A DNA stretch of 64,000 nucleotides from a virus. The notes beneath the pieces are model-generated. The model was not told the DNA's origin, did no database searches, and saw only the letters and a list, made by a program, of their open reading frames with translations. The position numbers and the translations under genes are program-made. The stretch is from positions 1 through 64,000 of the IMG/VR virus record IMGVR_UViG_3300039008_000120; one strand, given 5' to 3'. This document shows, piece by piece, positions 31,460 to 42,765 of the stretch. Every line of letters begins with the position of its first letter. Positions within the stretch are counted from its first letter, which is position 1.

Positions 31460-33418
31460 TTAAACTTTAAATTTTGATATAATGTTTTTAAAATTGGAAA
31501 TACAATTAACATCAAGTTTTTCTATAATTTGAACCAACTTGCTAAAATCATCAGATATAGATTTATTAACCTCATCGATCGTGGTTATATTATTTGACAT
31601 ATTATTTATATCTACCATCATTTTTTTAAGATTTGAAAAAATTAACTCAATTCCACCCGAAACATCTGTCACATTTTTAGACATTTCATCACTTGAAATT
31701 GATTGTTCTTCGGTTGATGAGGCAACTGTGTTCATAACATCATTTACTTTATTCATATCAGTATTCACAGATGAAAGACCAGATTTTGATATTGATGTTT
31801 GTTCTTGAACATGTGATATTTTCTGTTTAATATCAACAGTTGCATTCGCTGTTTGTTTGGATAGTTCCTTTATTTCATTTGCAACAACAGCAAAACCCTT
31901 TCCAGCTTCACCTGCTCTTGCTGATTCTATCTGTGCATTTAATGATAATAAATTGGTTTGATCTGCTATATCAGAAATTAGCTCTATTATAGTATTTATA
32001 TCTAATGCTGACTGGTCTAAGCTATCAACAACTGTAAAGTTATCATTTAACTTTTTAATAGTTTCATCTATCATACCTTTGACACAATCCGCATTTTCAG
32101 CAATTTCATTTACTGTATATGACATCTCTTCTATACCAGACACTATAGTAGAAATGTTCCCAGATGATTCATCCGCTGATTGTAATATCTGTTTACAATT
32201 ATTATCAACAGAGTTACTAGTTGTATCAATATTTTGGATATTCTCAGTATTTTTATTTAATTCTAACTGTGATTCATTTGATAAATGAATAATTTCATTA
32301 AAATTATTAGATAAGTCATCATTTGCAATTTTTATATCAGTAATAATTGTATGAAGCGACTCGAAAAAAATATTAAACCAATGAATCAAATTATCCAATT
32401 CATCACCTGAGTTATTTTGTGGTAACCTAACTCTCAAATCACCATCACCTGTAGCAATATCTTTAATATTACTTTTAAGGTTTAAAATTGGTTTTAGTAT
32501 TTTATGATCAAAAATAAAAGTTACAATTACCAATAAAATAACTAATCCAATAAAACTAATTATACATCCAGCAATATTTAAATGTTTAATTTCACTAAAA
32601 AAAACATTTTCATCAACCACGACACCAAGTGACCATGATTTGATACCATAATTAAATAATATTGGTGTGAATGTATAAAACGAGTTTATTTTGCTTTGAC
32701 TTGATGTCATTTGCCAATTAAACGAGTTTTCACGTTGAATATTTTCTGTTATGTTAATAACATCATAGAACTCATTTACATTTCGATTTACTATATGCTT
32801 TTGTGGATGCCCAACAATATATCCATTATTATTTGATATAATAATATAACCACTATTAAATGGTTTAATGGTTTTTGCTATATTAACAAACTCTTGTGTT
32901 AAAATATCAATTTCAATATAACCAATATGTTTTTTATTTTTTTTAATTGAATATGTAATTGTAAATATTAATTCATCTGCATATGTTTTATATGGATCAG
33001 AAATTGCAAATCCTTCTATATTATATTTGATTTTATTTATATGCTTATTTTCTTTACTGAAAATAATTTTATTGTTAATCTCATATGCGTTTATATTATA
33101 ATTATTTGTTTTTATTCGAATACCAATAATATCAGTATTAACTAATTGATATTTTAACTCCTTCTTAATATTTGATACACCAACTATTTGTGATATCTTT
33201 ATACTTGTATTGGTGATCTGATTAATATATAATGACATTTTTCTATAGATTGATTTAGAATATGCTTCTGAACTTTTTTGTAACGCATACATACTTTTAT
33301 CATATATTATGTCTGATGCAATATGATTTGCAACTGATATTATTGCCACACATACCAATGTTATAACTATACTTATTGGTATAAGTAATTTTAATTTTAA
33401 ACTTTCAGAATATTTCAT
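31460..33418 (-). CDS. methyl-accepting chemotaxis protein (two TM segments, Cache-like sensor, HAMP, MA domain)
   Basis: 652-aa track ORF. TM segments at about aa 10-35 and 285-310. HAMP-like segment. Signalling hairpin [40 protein letters not shown]. Confidence 0.85.
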   Translation of the reverse strand: MKYSESLKLKLLIPISIVITLVCVAIISVANHIASDIIYDKSMYALQKSSEAYSKSIYRKMSLYINQITNTSIKISQIVGVSNIKKELKYQLVNTDIIGIRIKTNNYNINAYEINNKIIFSKENKHINKIKYNIEGFAISDPYKTYADELIFTITYSIKKNKKHIGYIEIDILTQEFVNIAKTIKPFNSGYIIISNNNGYIVGHPQKHIVNRNVNEFYDVINITENIQRENSFNWQMTSSQSKINSFYTFTPILFNYGIKSWSLGVVVDENVFFSEIKHLNIAGCIISFIGLVILLVIVTFIFDHKILKPILNLKSNIKDIATGDGDLRVRLPQNNSGDELDNLIHWFNIFFESLHTIITDIKIANDDLSNNFNEIIHLSNESQLELNKNTENIQNIDTTSNSVDNNCKQILQSADESSGNISTIVSGIEEMSYTVNEIAENADCVKGMIDETIKKLNDNFTVVDSLDQSALDINTIIELISDIADQTNLLSLNAQIESARAGEAGKGFAVVANEIKELSKQTANATVDIKQKISHVQEQTSISKSGLSSVNTDMNKVNDVMNTVASSTEEQSISSDEMSKNVTDVSGGIELIFSNLKKMMVDINNMSNNITTIDEVNKSISDDFSKLVQIIEKLDVNCISNFKNIISKFKV

Positions 33419-33605
33419 TACATCAACCCATAAATCTATTTTGTTTTTATTTTACTGTTGTTAAGCTTAATTTCAATATTATCAATGATAACACTTTTAC
33501 CTGAAGTAATAATACTTATATCATTTTCTGTCAATCTTATTATATTGCCACATCTTTATATATTCGTATTATCATTGAGATTTAATTCCCATTTCTCAAT
33601 ACCAA

Positions 33606-34160
33606 TTATGTTTTTTTATTTAAAAAAATATCATATAAAGCCCCACAACACCTCGCATCACTCAATGCGTCATGGTGATTTAGTTTTATATTATAATGTA
33701 ATGCCAATTCATTTAATTTTGTATTTTTATAACCTAGCTTTTTATAAATATTTTTCGTACAAACCCAATTATTGTTTTCACATAAACCATAATCATTTGC
33801 AATCCCATAATATTTTATACACTCACACATTACACTTTTATCAAATACTGCATTATGTGCAACAATTGTCGATCCAGATAAAATTTTTGCAATTTCTGGG
33901 AATATTTGAACAAATAAGGGTGCTTTTTGTGTCATTTCTGGTGTAATGCCCGTCAGATTAATATTGTCTTTGTGGTGATAATTATTAGGTGGTCGTATTA
34001 ATTGGTTATACTCATATACTATATTTGAATTTTCAAAAACAACTATAGCAACAGAGCTTGCTGATATCCTAGTAAATCTATTTGCAGTCTCAAAGTCGAT
34101 TGCACAATATTTCAATCTAATACCTCCATATCTATACTTAATTCCATGTAATTTCATCAT
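33606..34160 (-). CDS. DnaQ/epsilon-like DEDDh 3'-5' exonuclease
   Basis: 184-aa track ORF. AIDFETAN (ExoI), HNAVFDKSV (ExoII), HHDALSDA (ExoIII). Confidence 0.8.
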   Translation of the reverse strand: MMKLHGIKYRYGGIRLKYCAIDFETANRFTRISASSVAIVVFENSNIVYEYNQLIRPPNNYHHKDNINLTGITPEMTQKAPLFVQIFPEIAKILSGSTIVAHNAVFDKSVMCECIKYYGIANDYGLCENNNWVCTKNIYKKLGYKNTKLNELALHYNIKLNHHDALSDARCCGALYDIFLNKKT

Positions 34161-34455
34161 TCTGTTTTAATTTAGTTATCCCAAAATCATCAATACTACC
34201 AAACGCCTCAAAAAATTTCAGTAGATCTTCTATGAAATTTGGATCTGCTTTCAATCTCGTTATAATAGCAGACAATACAACGATATTATCATTAACTTCA
34301 TCAGCACCATGGTCTTCTTTATCTTCGAATATAAAATTAACATCCATATTTTTAGATAAGATCAAAACAGCATCCGTTTTTTTTACTGATATTTTATATA
34401 TATCTTCATCTTTTTCAACAACATTTTCAAACACAATATTTTTTACATTATTCAT
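34138..34455 (-). CDS. hypothetical acidic protein
   Basis: 105-aa track ORF. Confidence 0.5.
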   Translation of the reverse strand: MNNVKNIVFENVVEKDEDIYKISVKKTDAVLILSKNMDVNFIFEDKEDHGADEVNDNIVVLSAIITRLKADPNFIEDLLKFFEAFGSIDDFGITKLKQNDEITWN

Positions 34456-34477
34456 ATATTATTCCTTAAAAAAAACT

Positions 34478-35014
34478 TTAACAATTACTATCTGATACGT
34501 GTGTAAGTTCACCACATATAGGACACCGTAAATCATAATCCCATGATCGTGCATCATAACAATCAAGTGAATATTCTGATCGTACATCATAATTTGATAC
34601 AAAACTATGGGGGTACACAATCATTTTAGGACAACCACATTCTATATTTAAATGATGTTTAATTTTATTATAGTCATATAATACATTTTTATTATTTTTA
34701 ATAAACTCATATAATACTTCATTACAATAATTATTAATATTAAATTCAATTGTTGAATATAAATCAATTTGCTTATAATAATAATTATAATGACAACCAC
34801 TATTATGAATTTGAACATAATATGGTTCTTTAAATAACTCATCAGGAAATTCAAACCCACATGAACAACACTTATGTTCATGTCGATAATTACCACATAC
34901 CATACACTCAATAATATGTTTGCTTGTTATATCGTGTGGTGTATAACCATCGCAATCATTACAATATAAATAATTATCTGGCATATCAGAATTGAATTCC
35001 ATTAATATTTCCAA
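34478..35014 (-). CDS. Cys-rich multi-zinc-ribbon protein
   Basis: 178-aa track ORF with repeated CxxC pairs (CNDCDG, CMVCGN, CCSCG, CPICG). Confidence 0.55.
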   Translation of the reverse strand: MEILMEFNSDMPDNYLYCNDCDGYTPHDITSKHIIECMVCGNYRHEHKCCSCGFEFPDELFKEPYYVQIHNSGCHYNYYYKQIDLYSTIEFNINNYCNEVLYEFIKNNKNVLYDYNKIKHHLNIECGCPKMIVYPHSFVSNYDVRSEYSLDCYDARSWDYDLRCPICGELTHVSDSNC

Positions 35015-35125
35015 TCAATTTATGCGTTCATTTATATTTTTTTTTTAAATTCGTTCATCACTTAATCCCATTATACACCCCTTATATATTTTTTTTATAT
35101 TTACATTAATGGTTAACACAACTAA

Positions 35126-35154
35126 AGTATATTAAAATTTTATATATATGTCAA
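35126..35154 (-). promoter_or_regulatory. sigma70-like promoter (TTGACA-N17-TATACT)
   Basis: Minus-strand TTGACA at 35154..35149, 17-nt spacer, TATACT at 35131..35126, upstream of the 35014 start. Confidence 0.55.
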
Positions 35155-35169
35155 TATAATTATAATATA

Positions 35170-36453
35170 TCAATCTAAATCTCCACCATCTTCAGCGAAG
35201 AATAGTATAATTTTACCGTCTCGTGCATTACTATCTGTTGTACATTTTACTAGAACTGTATCGTTCTCCTTAAAATCAACATTCAAATCATTAACCACAA
35301 CACCTGTTGCAGATGAAATTGTTATTATACTCAAATCATTTGGTTCGTTGTTTTTTCTTACATGAAACTTTAAATTAGATGTAGATCTAATTGTTGCACT
35401 AGCACCAACTAAAACTGAATTTTTGGGTATTTTCAACCCCCCAAGATTTGACGGAATATTCCCTATTGTACGTAAATACATATTTCTACATATACCAGTT
35501 TTACCAAGCTCAAATTGAAAGCGATTTCCTAGCTATTTCTCACGTTCACTGTCTTTTATATAGTATGTATTATTAATAATTTTGAAATTATTTAAAACAT
35601 TATCACATGATTTTAATTTTTTATCAATCAGTTCGAGTACTTTGGATAAAGATTCTCCGACCTTTGAACCAATTGTACTAAGGTCTGCAATTGTTGAAAT
35701 TTCGGTGGTTTTGTGTTTTCCGGGTTTACCATTTAAATGTGATCCAAAATCAATATCACCGATTTTCCCCCATGATGTAGTTGTGGTGGTACCATCACTA
35801 TCAATGCCATGCACATACTGAGCTTGTTTACCGTCACCATCGTCATCAATTACAACACCATAGTTATCTTTAACTGGGTTATCTGCTGACAATACAAAGT
35901 CAGTGCCATCATATTCATAAACTTTATTATCGGTTATATTAATAATTCTATCAGCAATTTTAACATCACCAATTGATACCCACTTACCATCAATTACTTT
36001 GAAATATGATTTTGATGTAGAATTGTAATATATACTACCTTCTTTACCAACATCCGGTTCAGTTGCAGATATATTTAAAAAATATTTAATTGGTGTTAAC
36101 TAAACACTAGGTGAACCAAAACTTGGGGCACCGAATATATTGTCCCAGTGAACCTTTGATTCACCTGCTTTCCCCAGTTGTTTTTTGCTATAATAATGTC
36201 GCTCAAGATCTAAGACATTTTGTCGCCTTAAATACTTCAGTGCATCTTCAATAGATAGGTCATCATCACCATCATTTACAATAATTGAACCGGCAGTAAT
36301 TAATGTCTTAAGATCTTCTGATGAACATAGCTCACCATAGTCAAATTGATCACTGGTTAGTATATTCTCTGATCCCTCCAATACCAAACCAATATCTGGT
36401 ATTTCCAAATCACCCGGATTTTGATTTTTTAAATATATAGTCTAATCTGCCAT
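35170..36453 (-). CDS. tail fibre protein B (427 aa, 3 in-frame TAG)
   Basis: One frame from the ATG at 36453 to TGA at 35170-72 joins track ORFs 36100..36408, 35533..35892 and 35170..35481. TAG at 36442, 36100 and 35533. Shares the N-terminal DLKTLITAGSI(I/V)VNDG module with fibre A. Confidence 0.7.
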
Positions 36454-36471
36454 AGTTAATTACCTCATTAT

Positions 36472-37092
36472 TTAAATTAACTGTAATGTTAATATTGGTT
36501 TATCTAATCCATCTTTTGAATCGATATAACATGAAATATTATCATTTTTATTAAACATTATATCTTTATCAAAACCGGTTGCATATTTAGCATTATCTAA
36601 ACTTATTGTTAAAATAACATTATTATTATTTTTTATTTCAACAACCCCAGTGTTGTGCTTGCTTGTTCTTAAAATCTACCGTTTTAGCGTTTTTTTACGC
36701 AAAACAGTATAACCATGTAAATTAGTTGGTATTCTAGTTAACTAATGCATATATCGTTTTTTTACGTGATTAGTATTAATATAAAAATGTATTTCACTTA
36801 TATCAACTACTGTACTATCTAGTGGTATACTTGCTTTTCCTAGTTTTTCCTAATTATTAATATCTTGGAAATTTTCATCAGTTAACCGATATAAACCATT
36901 ATTCGTTTCAATATCATTATAAACTGAAACAATCATACCACGATATGTATATACATACCCATCATTTGCTTCCCAGATACTTGTTTTACACAAATCTGAT
37001 TTATATTCAACTCGACTCCTAGCATCAAGTGGTGCTGATTTTTGAGGTTCGAAGTTAGCGGAAAAACTACTAGTTCCTTTTTCTCTTCCCAT
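36472..37092 (-). CDS. tail or baseplate-region hypothetical protein (206 aa, 3 in-frame TAG)
   Basis: ATG at 37092 with a GAGGT RBS. Track ORF 36850..37092 continues through TAG at 36850, 36742 and 36676 to TAA at 36472-74. Confidence 0.55.
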
Positions 37093-37113
37093 CTTACACT
37101 AACCTCTTTTTTA

Positions 37114-38004
37114 TTAATTTGTGTACCATCTTAGTGACCTATAACCGGTTTTACTACCATTATGTATATACCTAACATAATCAATAGTATTACCATGTAT
37201 TTCATGCTGAGTTGAAGTTTTTGTGAACGTTCTTAAACTATTTTCTTTTGTTCCTGATATCTATTCCTACTTCCCCGAAACAGTATTATAAAATTGAATA
37301 CCTGTTATATTTTTCCATAGTACCGGAAAATCAACTGTTTGTTTCTTGTCAGTTTCTTCAATTTCAACCACACACTCTACATATGTACTTGACATTGATG
37401 CAAGTTTTTGTTTAGAAAGCATCGATATATGTTTTGATGTTGCAAAAAATGGATATACACCGATAATCTCACAGCTACTATAATTAGTATACCCACTATT
37501 TAATTTTTTTTTGTAAGGTCTACCTTTATTTGTCAGTGGCTGTTCACCACCTTCAAACAAAACTCTACATTTCTATTGTGTAGAACCACGTATAACTTCA
37601 TATGAAATTGTTTGTGTATTTGATAGTTGATTTGATATAATTTTATCTGGAACTGTTTTTCCTAAAAAATTGTATTCTTTTGGTAAACCAGAACGAAACC
37701 CACTAGTACCATATGCTGGATTAATATATCCCCGGTTAAAATTTGCAATAATATCAAGATTCGGTATAATTTCACCAATTTCTCGAAACCCACTTACAGA
37801 GCTTCGAAGTGTTACGCTTGGGTTACCTAACCTAGGATAACGTTCTGGATATAATAACATATCCTACATTTCAGTCATTGTATTCTCATCGAAGGTTTGA
37901 CCTATATTTATACCCCCAACTGCAATTTCAACCGGATCATCATTTGAATATAAAACATCACATGATGTTGAAGTTGAATCATATTTATTGTTATATTTTA
38001 ACAT
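37114..38004 (-). CDS. tail or baseplate-region hypothetical protein (5 in-frame TAG; in-frame TGA at 37201-03)
   Basis: ATG at 38004. The frame joins track ORFs 37573..37860 and 37267..37560 through TAG at 37864, 37573, 37267, 37261 and 37237. It then meets TGA at 37201 but stays open 28 more codons to TAA at 37114-16, just before the next RBS. The true end is either 37201 or 37114. Confidence 0.5.
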
Positions 38005-38069
38005 ATTTTAATTTACCAAAAAAATAAAATTATTGCTAAATTAATTCTAACTATCTATATTATAAAATA

Positions 38070-38110
38070 AAAAAAGCATTTGATCTTTATTTACAATCTA
38101 ATGCTTTTTT
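38070..38110. terminator. 11-bp hairpin terminator
   Basis: AAAAAAGCATT pairs with AATGCTTTTTT, immediately after the 38118 gene end. Confidence 0.6.
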
Positions 38111-38117
38111 TATAGAA

Positions 38118-39305
38118 TCAATTAAAGATATATTTAATTGATTTAAAACCTTCTATGTGCGTAGGTAATATATATTGATCGAACATGTTATATATTATCT
38201 CCTTTTCTATTTTTTTACCCTTCACTTCGGATACTCTAAGCATATTCCTATTTACTAATTTATCCTTTTCTACTAATAACGCAACAGAGTGAACATTTGC
38301 ATTATTCGTTTTACCAATCCCAATTAGACTTTTTCTAGCCTTTCTGGTTAACGAAACATTTGCAATTGCTATATTATTATAGCCATTTTTATATAATTTT
38401 GTTACAAGTTGTTGTGTTTCTTGTAATAAATTAATATTTTTTTGTTCGCTACACCACGCAAAAGCTTTATGATATAGCTCATTATATGTTTCATTTATGT
38501 CGTTTTCATTATTATCCAGATAAAGGGAGACACGGATATCATCCCACGATACAACAATGTCTATTTTTTTAGAAAGATGATTTTTACAAACAAAATCTTT
38601 ACCAGAACCAGAACAACCACTAATTATATATAGGTTTCGTTTATATGATGGCTTATCATCAACTTTTTTAATATTATTAAAATCTAATTTTAAAAATTCT
38701 TTTAATAAATCAACATCATCTTTACCTGACCTACTTGAATTTGATCTAATTTGTCCCCTTGCATCAACTGATGCAAGTAATGTATATAATTTTATTAAAT
38801 CATGTCTATAATTTAATAATGCATATACTTTATTAATATCATTAACCTGATAATATAATGTATGTGATTGTATAATCAGCATCATACCAATAATATCTTC
38901 ATCTGATACACTAAATACAGACTTAATTATTTTATAATTATTTAACATAATTTGCATCGAACGATAATCATGTTGATTAAATGTTCTTTTTTTCTTTTCT
39001 ATATCATCTTGATAACAAGTTGGCTTACCAATATCATGAAATAATACAATGATACATAATAATACTATTTCATGTTCGTCTAATTTTACATTTTCTAATA
39101 CACTTTTTATATGTGAATATGACATACATGTATGTGTCCACACGTTCCCCTCTAAGTGATATTGATGGGGAATATATGAAAAACCATGTTCACAATTTAA
39201 CATTTCAAAAACGTAATCATTAAAATTGTGAATAAATTTTTCAAATGTATCAGATATTATATAATCAATATTATTTTCCATTTCCGATTTCCAATACTTT
39301 TTCAA
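38118..39305 (-). CDS. HD-domain phosphohydrolase fused to a P-loop kinase (putative RNA/tRNA end-repair enzyme)
   Basis: 395-aa track ORF (TTG start; an ATG alternative lies at 39281). H..GNVWTHT and LFHDIGKP in the N-terminal half, ISGCSGSGKDF Walker A in the C-terminal half. Confidence 0.55.
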   Translation of the reverse strand: MKKYWKSEMENNIDYIISDTFEKFIHNFNDYVFEMLNCEHGFSYIPHQYHLEGNVWTHTCMSYSHIKSVLENVKLDEHEIVLLCIIVLFHDIGKPTCYQDDIEKKKRTFNQHDYRSMQIMLNNYKIIKSVFSVSDEDIIGMMLIIQSHTLYYQVNDINKVYALLNYRHDLIKLYTLLASVDARGQIRSNSSRSGKDDVDLLKEFLKLDFNNIKKVDDKPSYKRNLYIISGCSGSGKDFVCKNHLSKKIDIVVSWDDIRVSLYLDNNENDINETYNELYHKAFAWCSEQKNINLLQETQQLVTKLYKNGYNNIAIANVSLTRKARKSLIGIGKTNNANVHSVALLVEKDKLVNRNMLRVSEVKGKKIEKEIIYNMFDQYILPTHIEGFKSIKYIFN

Positions 39306-39357
39306 ATGTTAGTGGTCTATATCCAATCACGTCACATCACACATTAAATTTCCGATT

Positions 39358-39385
39358 TTCATACGAAATCACATTTCGGTATGAA
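39358..39385 (-). terminator. hairpin after the 39410 gene end
   Basis: TTCATACGAAAT-CAC-ATTTCG(G)TATGAA, a 12-bp stem with one bulge. Confidence 0.45.
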
Positions 39386-39409
39386 AAATGAGTATCACTT
39401 ATGGTATAT

Positions 39410-41536
39410 TCAGTCATTCTTTTTTTCTCTTTGTCTAAAAGCATTATTTAAAATTTCGGGTAAAACATGTTCATTACCAGAATCATCTGTATATACATAT
39501 GACAATTTGGGGGACAGCTTTAATTCTTCACCATTATTATTATAAACAAACTCACCATTATTATTATATTTAAATTCTGAAATTTTATCTAATATTAATA
39601 ATTTAACATCATTATATGTTACCGGAGCTTTATTTTCTATTATATTCTTATCATTATTTACCACATCTGTAAATTTATTTTTTTGACAAAATACCTTTTC
39701 ATAGTGATTTTTAAATTTTATGAAATTAAATAATTTTTTACCGCTGAAATGACTACATTTATATTTAGAATAACTTATTTTTTTAGATACATTCGTGAAC
39801 TTAACTTGTTTATTTGATTTAAGATTACATAAATAATCACCAAAATTTAAAAGATTTGATTGGATTGTTTCAAACTCACCTCTTAATATTAATGTATACA
39901 GATCCTGTATAAAATATTTATATGCACCAATAACATCATCTTTATGTATGAGTGAACTCATTACTACATATAATATATATTGATTAACTATCGTTGATAC
40001 AATATCTTTCTTACCTTTAACCATAAAAATGCATGATGATAAATTAAATGGTTCATCTCGTCTAGTTACCATAGTAGCATTATTTGAACTAATTGACGGA
40101 TAAATAACGTCTAATATATTAACGTTCTGTAAACCTTTTTTACTAACATAAACAGATAGAAACTGATCAGGTTTACTTACATTTAATGAAATTTTTAAAT
40201 GTTTCAATAAACCTAAAAAATGTAGATATGAAAACACATTTTTTGACATATAATATGGTATTGGTGGTAAATAATAATGTTTACCATCAATTAAAATTGG
40301 TTTATTGGTAAATAATAATATGACCCCCTCACCATTTTGAATTGTATTATAATAAACCTTTCCACTTTTATTTAACAAATCTTCTGGTTTATTATAAAGA
40401 TTTTCCAGCATTTCATAATTTGATGGTAATTCTTTAACCCCAATATCAGATAATTTAATATGTTTTTTAATATTATCATTATATATTGACAAGAAATGAG
40501 CTTTTTTATCCAAATTATCTAAATTCACATTTTTATCTGATATATAATGTTCAATATATTTTAAATGATTATATGCCCCTATAAAATGTGCTTGTTTTTC
40601 CATAATAATATCATATGCATATGATATCGCTTTATCCAATTCACCCGATTCTATATCAACAGTTTTTAAATTTTCCACAGTATTATCTCCTTTTAATAAA
40701 ACTCTATTACTCATTATATCTCGAATTGGAAAAAATTTATTATTATGTTTAATTGTAATATACTCAAGCCAAATCCAAACATAATCACTATTTTTCCCAC
40801 TATACTGATTGTTTATTACAGTATCAGCTCCATTTATGTCTAAAACTAACAGTTCCCATTTTGATTCATCTGCAATATTATATAATTTTAATCCCATACT
40901 TTTAGGATCAATGGCACTTAATGCAGAAACTTTTGGTAATTTTTTACTATTTTCAAATTCACTTTTTAATTTTAATTCATCTTTTTTAACTTTCATGTAT
41001 AATAAACCCCTGTGATTTATTATATGTGGTAAATATGTAGTTAAAACTAATTTTTTATTGATATAAAACTCTGTTGGCTTATTTTTTAAATTATACCATT
41101 TTGTTACTATGTCACCACCATGTTTAACGTGTCTGTTTAGGTTATTATAATCAGACATCATATATGTAATATAATCACTACATTTGGGTGAGATAGTATA
41201 AAATTCTGAACTACCGCTCACATTATTCATTGTGATTGGTGGTTCGCATTTCTTTAGAAATGAAAAATGCTGTGGTAAATAATAATGAAATTGGTGTTCA
41301 AACACCGTTGCTTCTAGTATATTACTAAAAACAAAACTCGCATATGACTTTTTAATTACATAATTTTTATGCAACTCATCAATTTTATCAAATAAATTAA
41401 GGTTGTTTGAAACTATATCATTTATTAATTGTTCTCGTCTTTTTTCAGGAGACTGTCTAGTTAATCCAATTTTAAAAAAAGGTGGAATAAAAGGTACGTT
41501 CATTTCAAAACAATATATATTAGTTACAAGGTTCAT
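39410..41536 (-). CDS. large protein with an N-terminal T5orf172/GIY-YIG-like motif
   Basis: 708-aa track ORF with no TAG. FFKIGLTRQSPEKRREQL resembles the T5orf172 signature. The rest is unrecognised. Confidence 0.5.
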   Translation of the reverse strand: MNLVTNIYCFEMNVPFIPPFFKIGLTRQSPEKRREQLINDIVSNNLNLFDKIDELHKNYVIKKSYASFVFSNILEATVFEHQFHYYLPQHFSFLKKCEPPITMNNVSGSSEFYTISPKCSDYITYMMSDYNNLNRHVKHGGDIVTKWYNLKNKPTEFYINKKLVLTTYLPHIINHRGLLYMKVKKDELKLKSEFENSKKLPKVSALSAIDPKSMGLKLYNIADESKWELLVLDINGADTVINNQYSGKNSDYVWIWLEYITIKHNNKFFPIRDIMSNRVLLKGDNTVENLKTVDIESGELDKAISYAYDIIMEKQAHFIGAYNHLKYIEHYISDKNVNLDNLDKKAHFLSIYNDNIKKHIKLSDIGVKELPSNYEMLENLYNKPEDLLNKSGKVYYNTIQNGEGVILLFTNKPILIDGKHYYLPPIPYYMSKNVFSYLHFLGLLKHLKISLNVSKPDQFLSVYVSKKGLQNVNILDVIYPSISSNNATMVTRRDEPFNLSSCIFMVKGKKDIVSTIVNQYILYVVMSSLIHKDDVIGAYKYFIQDLYTLILRGEFETIQSNLLNFGDYLCNLKSNKQVKFTNVSKKISYSKYKCSHFSGKKLFNFIKFKNHYEKVFCQKNKFTDVVNNDKNIIENKAPVTYNDVKLLILDKISEFKYNNNGEFVYNNNGEELKLSPKLSYVYTDDSGNEHVLPEILNNAFRQREKKND

Positions 41537-41729
41537 TATTAACCTTTCCTTTTGTTTTATTTCTGGCTTTTATTTTTTCTTTATTTTCATGATAATATTG
41601 TTTATTTTTTTCTTTTAATCGCTCTTTATTTTTTTTATACCACTCTTGTTTACGTTTTTTTTCTGATGTTATATTATCTTTATAATATTTTTTATTATAT
41701 TCACTTTTTTCAACTGTAGTACCAACCAT
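41520..41729 (-). CDS. small Lys-rich basic protein
   Basis: Track ORF trimmed to the ATG at 41729 (AAGGTGA RBS). KKRKQEWYKKNKERLKEKNK... Confidence 0.5.
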   Translation of the reverse strand: MVGTTVEKSEYNKKYYKDNITSEKKRKQEWYKKNKERLKEKNKQYYHENKEKIKARNKTKGKVNNEPCN

Positions 41730-41764
41730 AACTATCACCTTTCATTAATTAAAAATACTACTAT

Positions 41765-41793
41765 AGTATACAATTAAACAAACAAACTGTCAA
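41765..41793 (-). promoter_or_regulatory. sigma70-like promoter (TTGACA-N17-TATACT)
   Basis: Minus-strand TTGACA at 41793..41788, 17-nt spacer, TATACT at 41770..41765. Confidence 0.6.
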
Positions 41794-41839
41794 TAAAATT
41801 TGACCAATATTTAATATTTTTAATTACAATAACAAAAAA

Positions 41840-41877
41840 AAATGGCACATAAATGATATATAAATTATGTGCCATTT
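41840..41877. terminator. 13-bp hairpin terminator
   Basis: AAATGGCACATAA pairs with TTATGTGCCATTT, after the 41905 gene end. Confidence 0.65.
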
Positions 41878-41904
41878 TTACTATATTATATAACTTATAA
41901 AAAA

Positions 41905-42699
41905 TTATTTTATAAAATCAGGTGGAGTATTACTATTAGTCAACATTTTAATATCTCCACTTTTAAATTTAGACAAGCCTAGTTGTGAAATCTTATTATT
42001 AAAAAACGCCTCAATTTCACCCTTTGCATGTACGGTTGTTTTATCAACCGCCTCATCGATACATCTGTGTAAAAATGGCAAGTCTGCTTCAAGTTTACGC
42101 TTAATATCTTCAAATATACGTAATATTTTATTTCGTTCCTTTTTATTTATTGCCCCATGCTTATTTAAAATATCATCAAGCTCAGATCCATATATACCGA
42201 GTTGCTGACTAAACTCCTTAAATACACTTTCTAAATCATCTGAAATTTTTTCACGGATATTATATTCTGGGCACATTGGCATTACCTCCCCTGCAAACTT
42301 TCTTAGTGTTACAGGAACCCCACATCCTAGATTTAATGAGGTTATTGCCTCACTGAATTGTGAATGTGACATATCAACTTCAATAAGTGGTGTTGTAGCA
42401 TCTTTATACCCCTCATCATACTCATTGAAATATTTAGTCGATTGACTAATCCTAAGTTTTATAAAGTTTTGATGCTTAATTGATGATCCATATAAATCAC
42501 ATTTACCACCTGTTACCCTTGAAAATGAAATTTGAGCATATGATGGATGTGTTTCATTAATATTATTAAGTGTATCAATTGATGTTTCAGTTGCAACGTG
42601 TCCATTAGATAACTCTCCAATATATTTTCCACAATTTGGACAATGTTTAAACTCTGGATATTTTTCTTTATTTATAATGCAATGTTTACATGATTTCAT
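41905..42699 (-). CDS. hypothetical protein with an N-terminal zinc ribbon
   Basis: Track ORF 41905..42756 trimmed to the ATG at 42699 with a strong GGAGG RBS. CKHC...CPNC. Confidence 0.55.
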   Translation of the reverse strand: MKSCKHCIINKEKYPEFKHCPNCGKYIGELSNGHVATETSIDTLNNINETHPSYAQISFSRVTGGKCDLYGSSIKHQNFIKLRISQSTKYFNEYDEGYKDATTPLIEVDMSHSQFSEAITSLNLGCGVPVTLRKFAGEVMPMCPEYNIREKISDDLESVFKEFSQQLGIYGSELDDILNKHGAINKKERNKILRIFEDIKRKLEADLPFLHRCIDEAVDKTTVHAKGEIEAFFNNKISQLGLSKFKSGDIKMLTNSNTPPDFIK

Positions 42700-42765
42700 A
42701 TATAACCTCCAGTTTATATTTTTTTTTGTAATATAGTCAAAATCAATTAAAAACAATATACTATA

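Noticed and set aside
3887-37203. The two in-frame TGA codons, considered as selenocysteine, or as evidence that TGA is also globally recoded.
   Set aside because: TGA clearly terminates many genes here, shown by ATGA and TGATG start/stop overlaps (22721, 30661, 57103, 29730) and by short downstream frames. No SECIS-like hairpin was seen after either site. They are kept as local readthrough or pseudogene candidates only.
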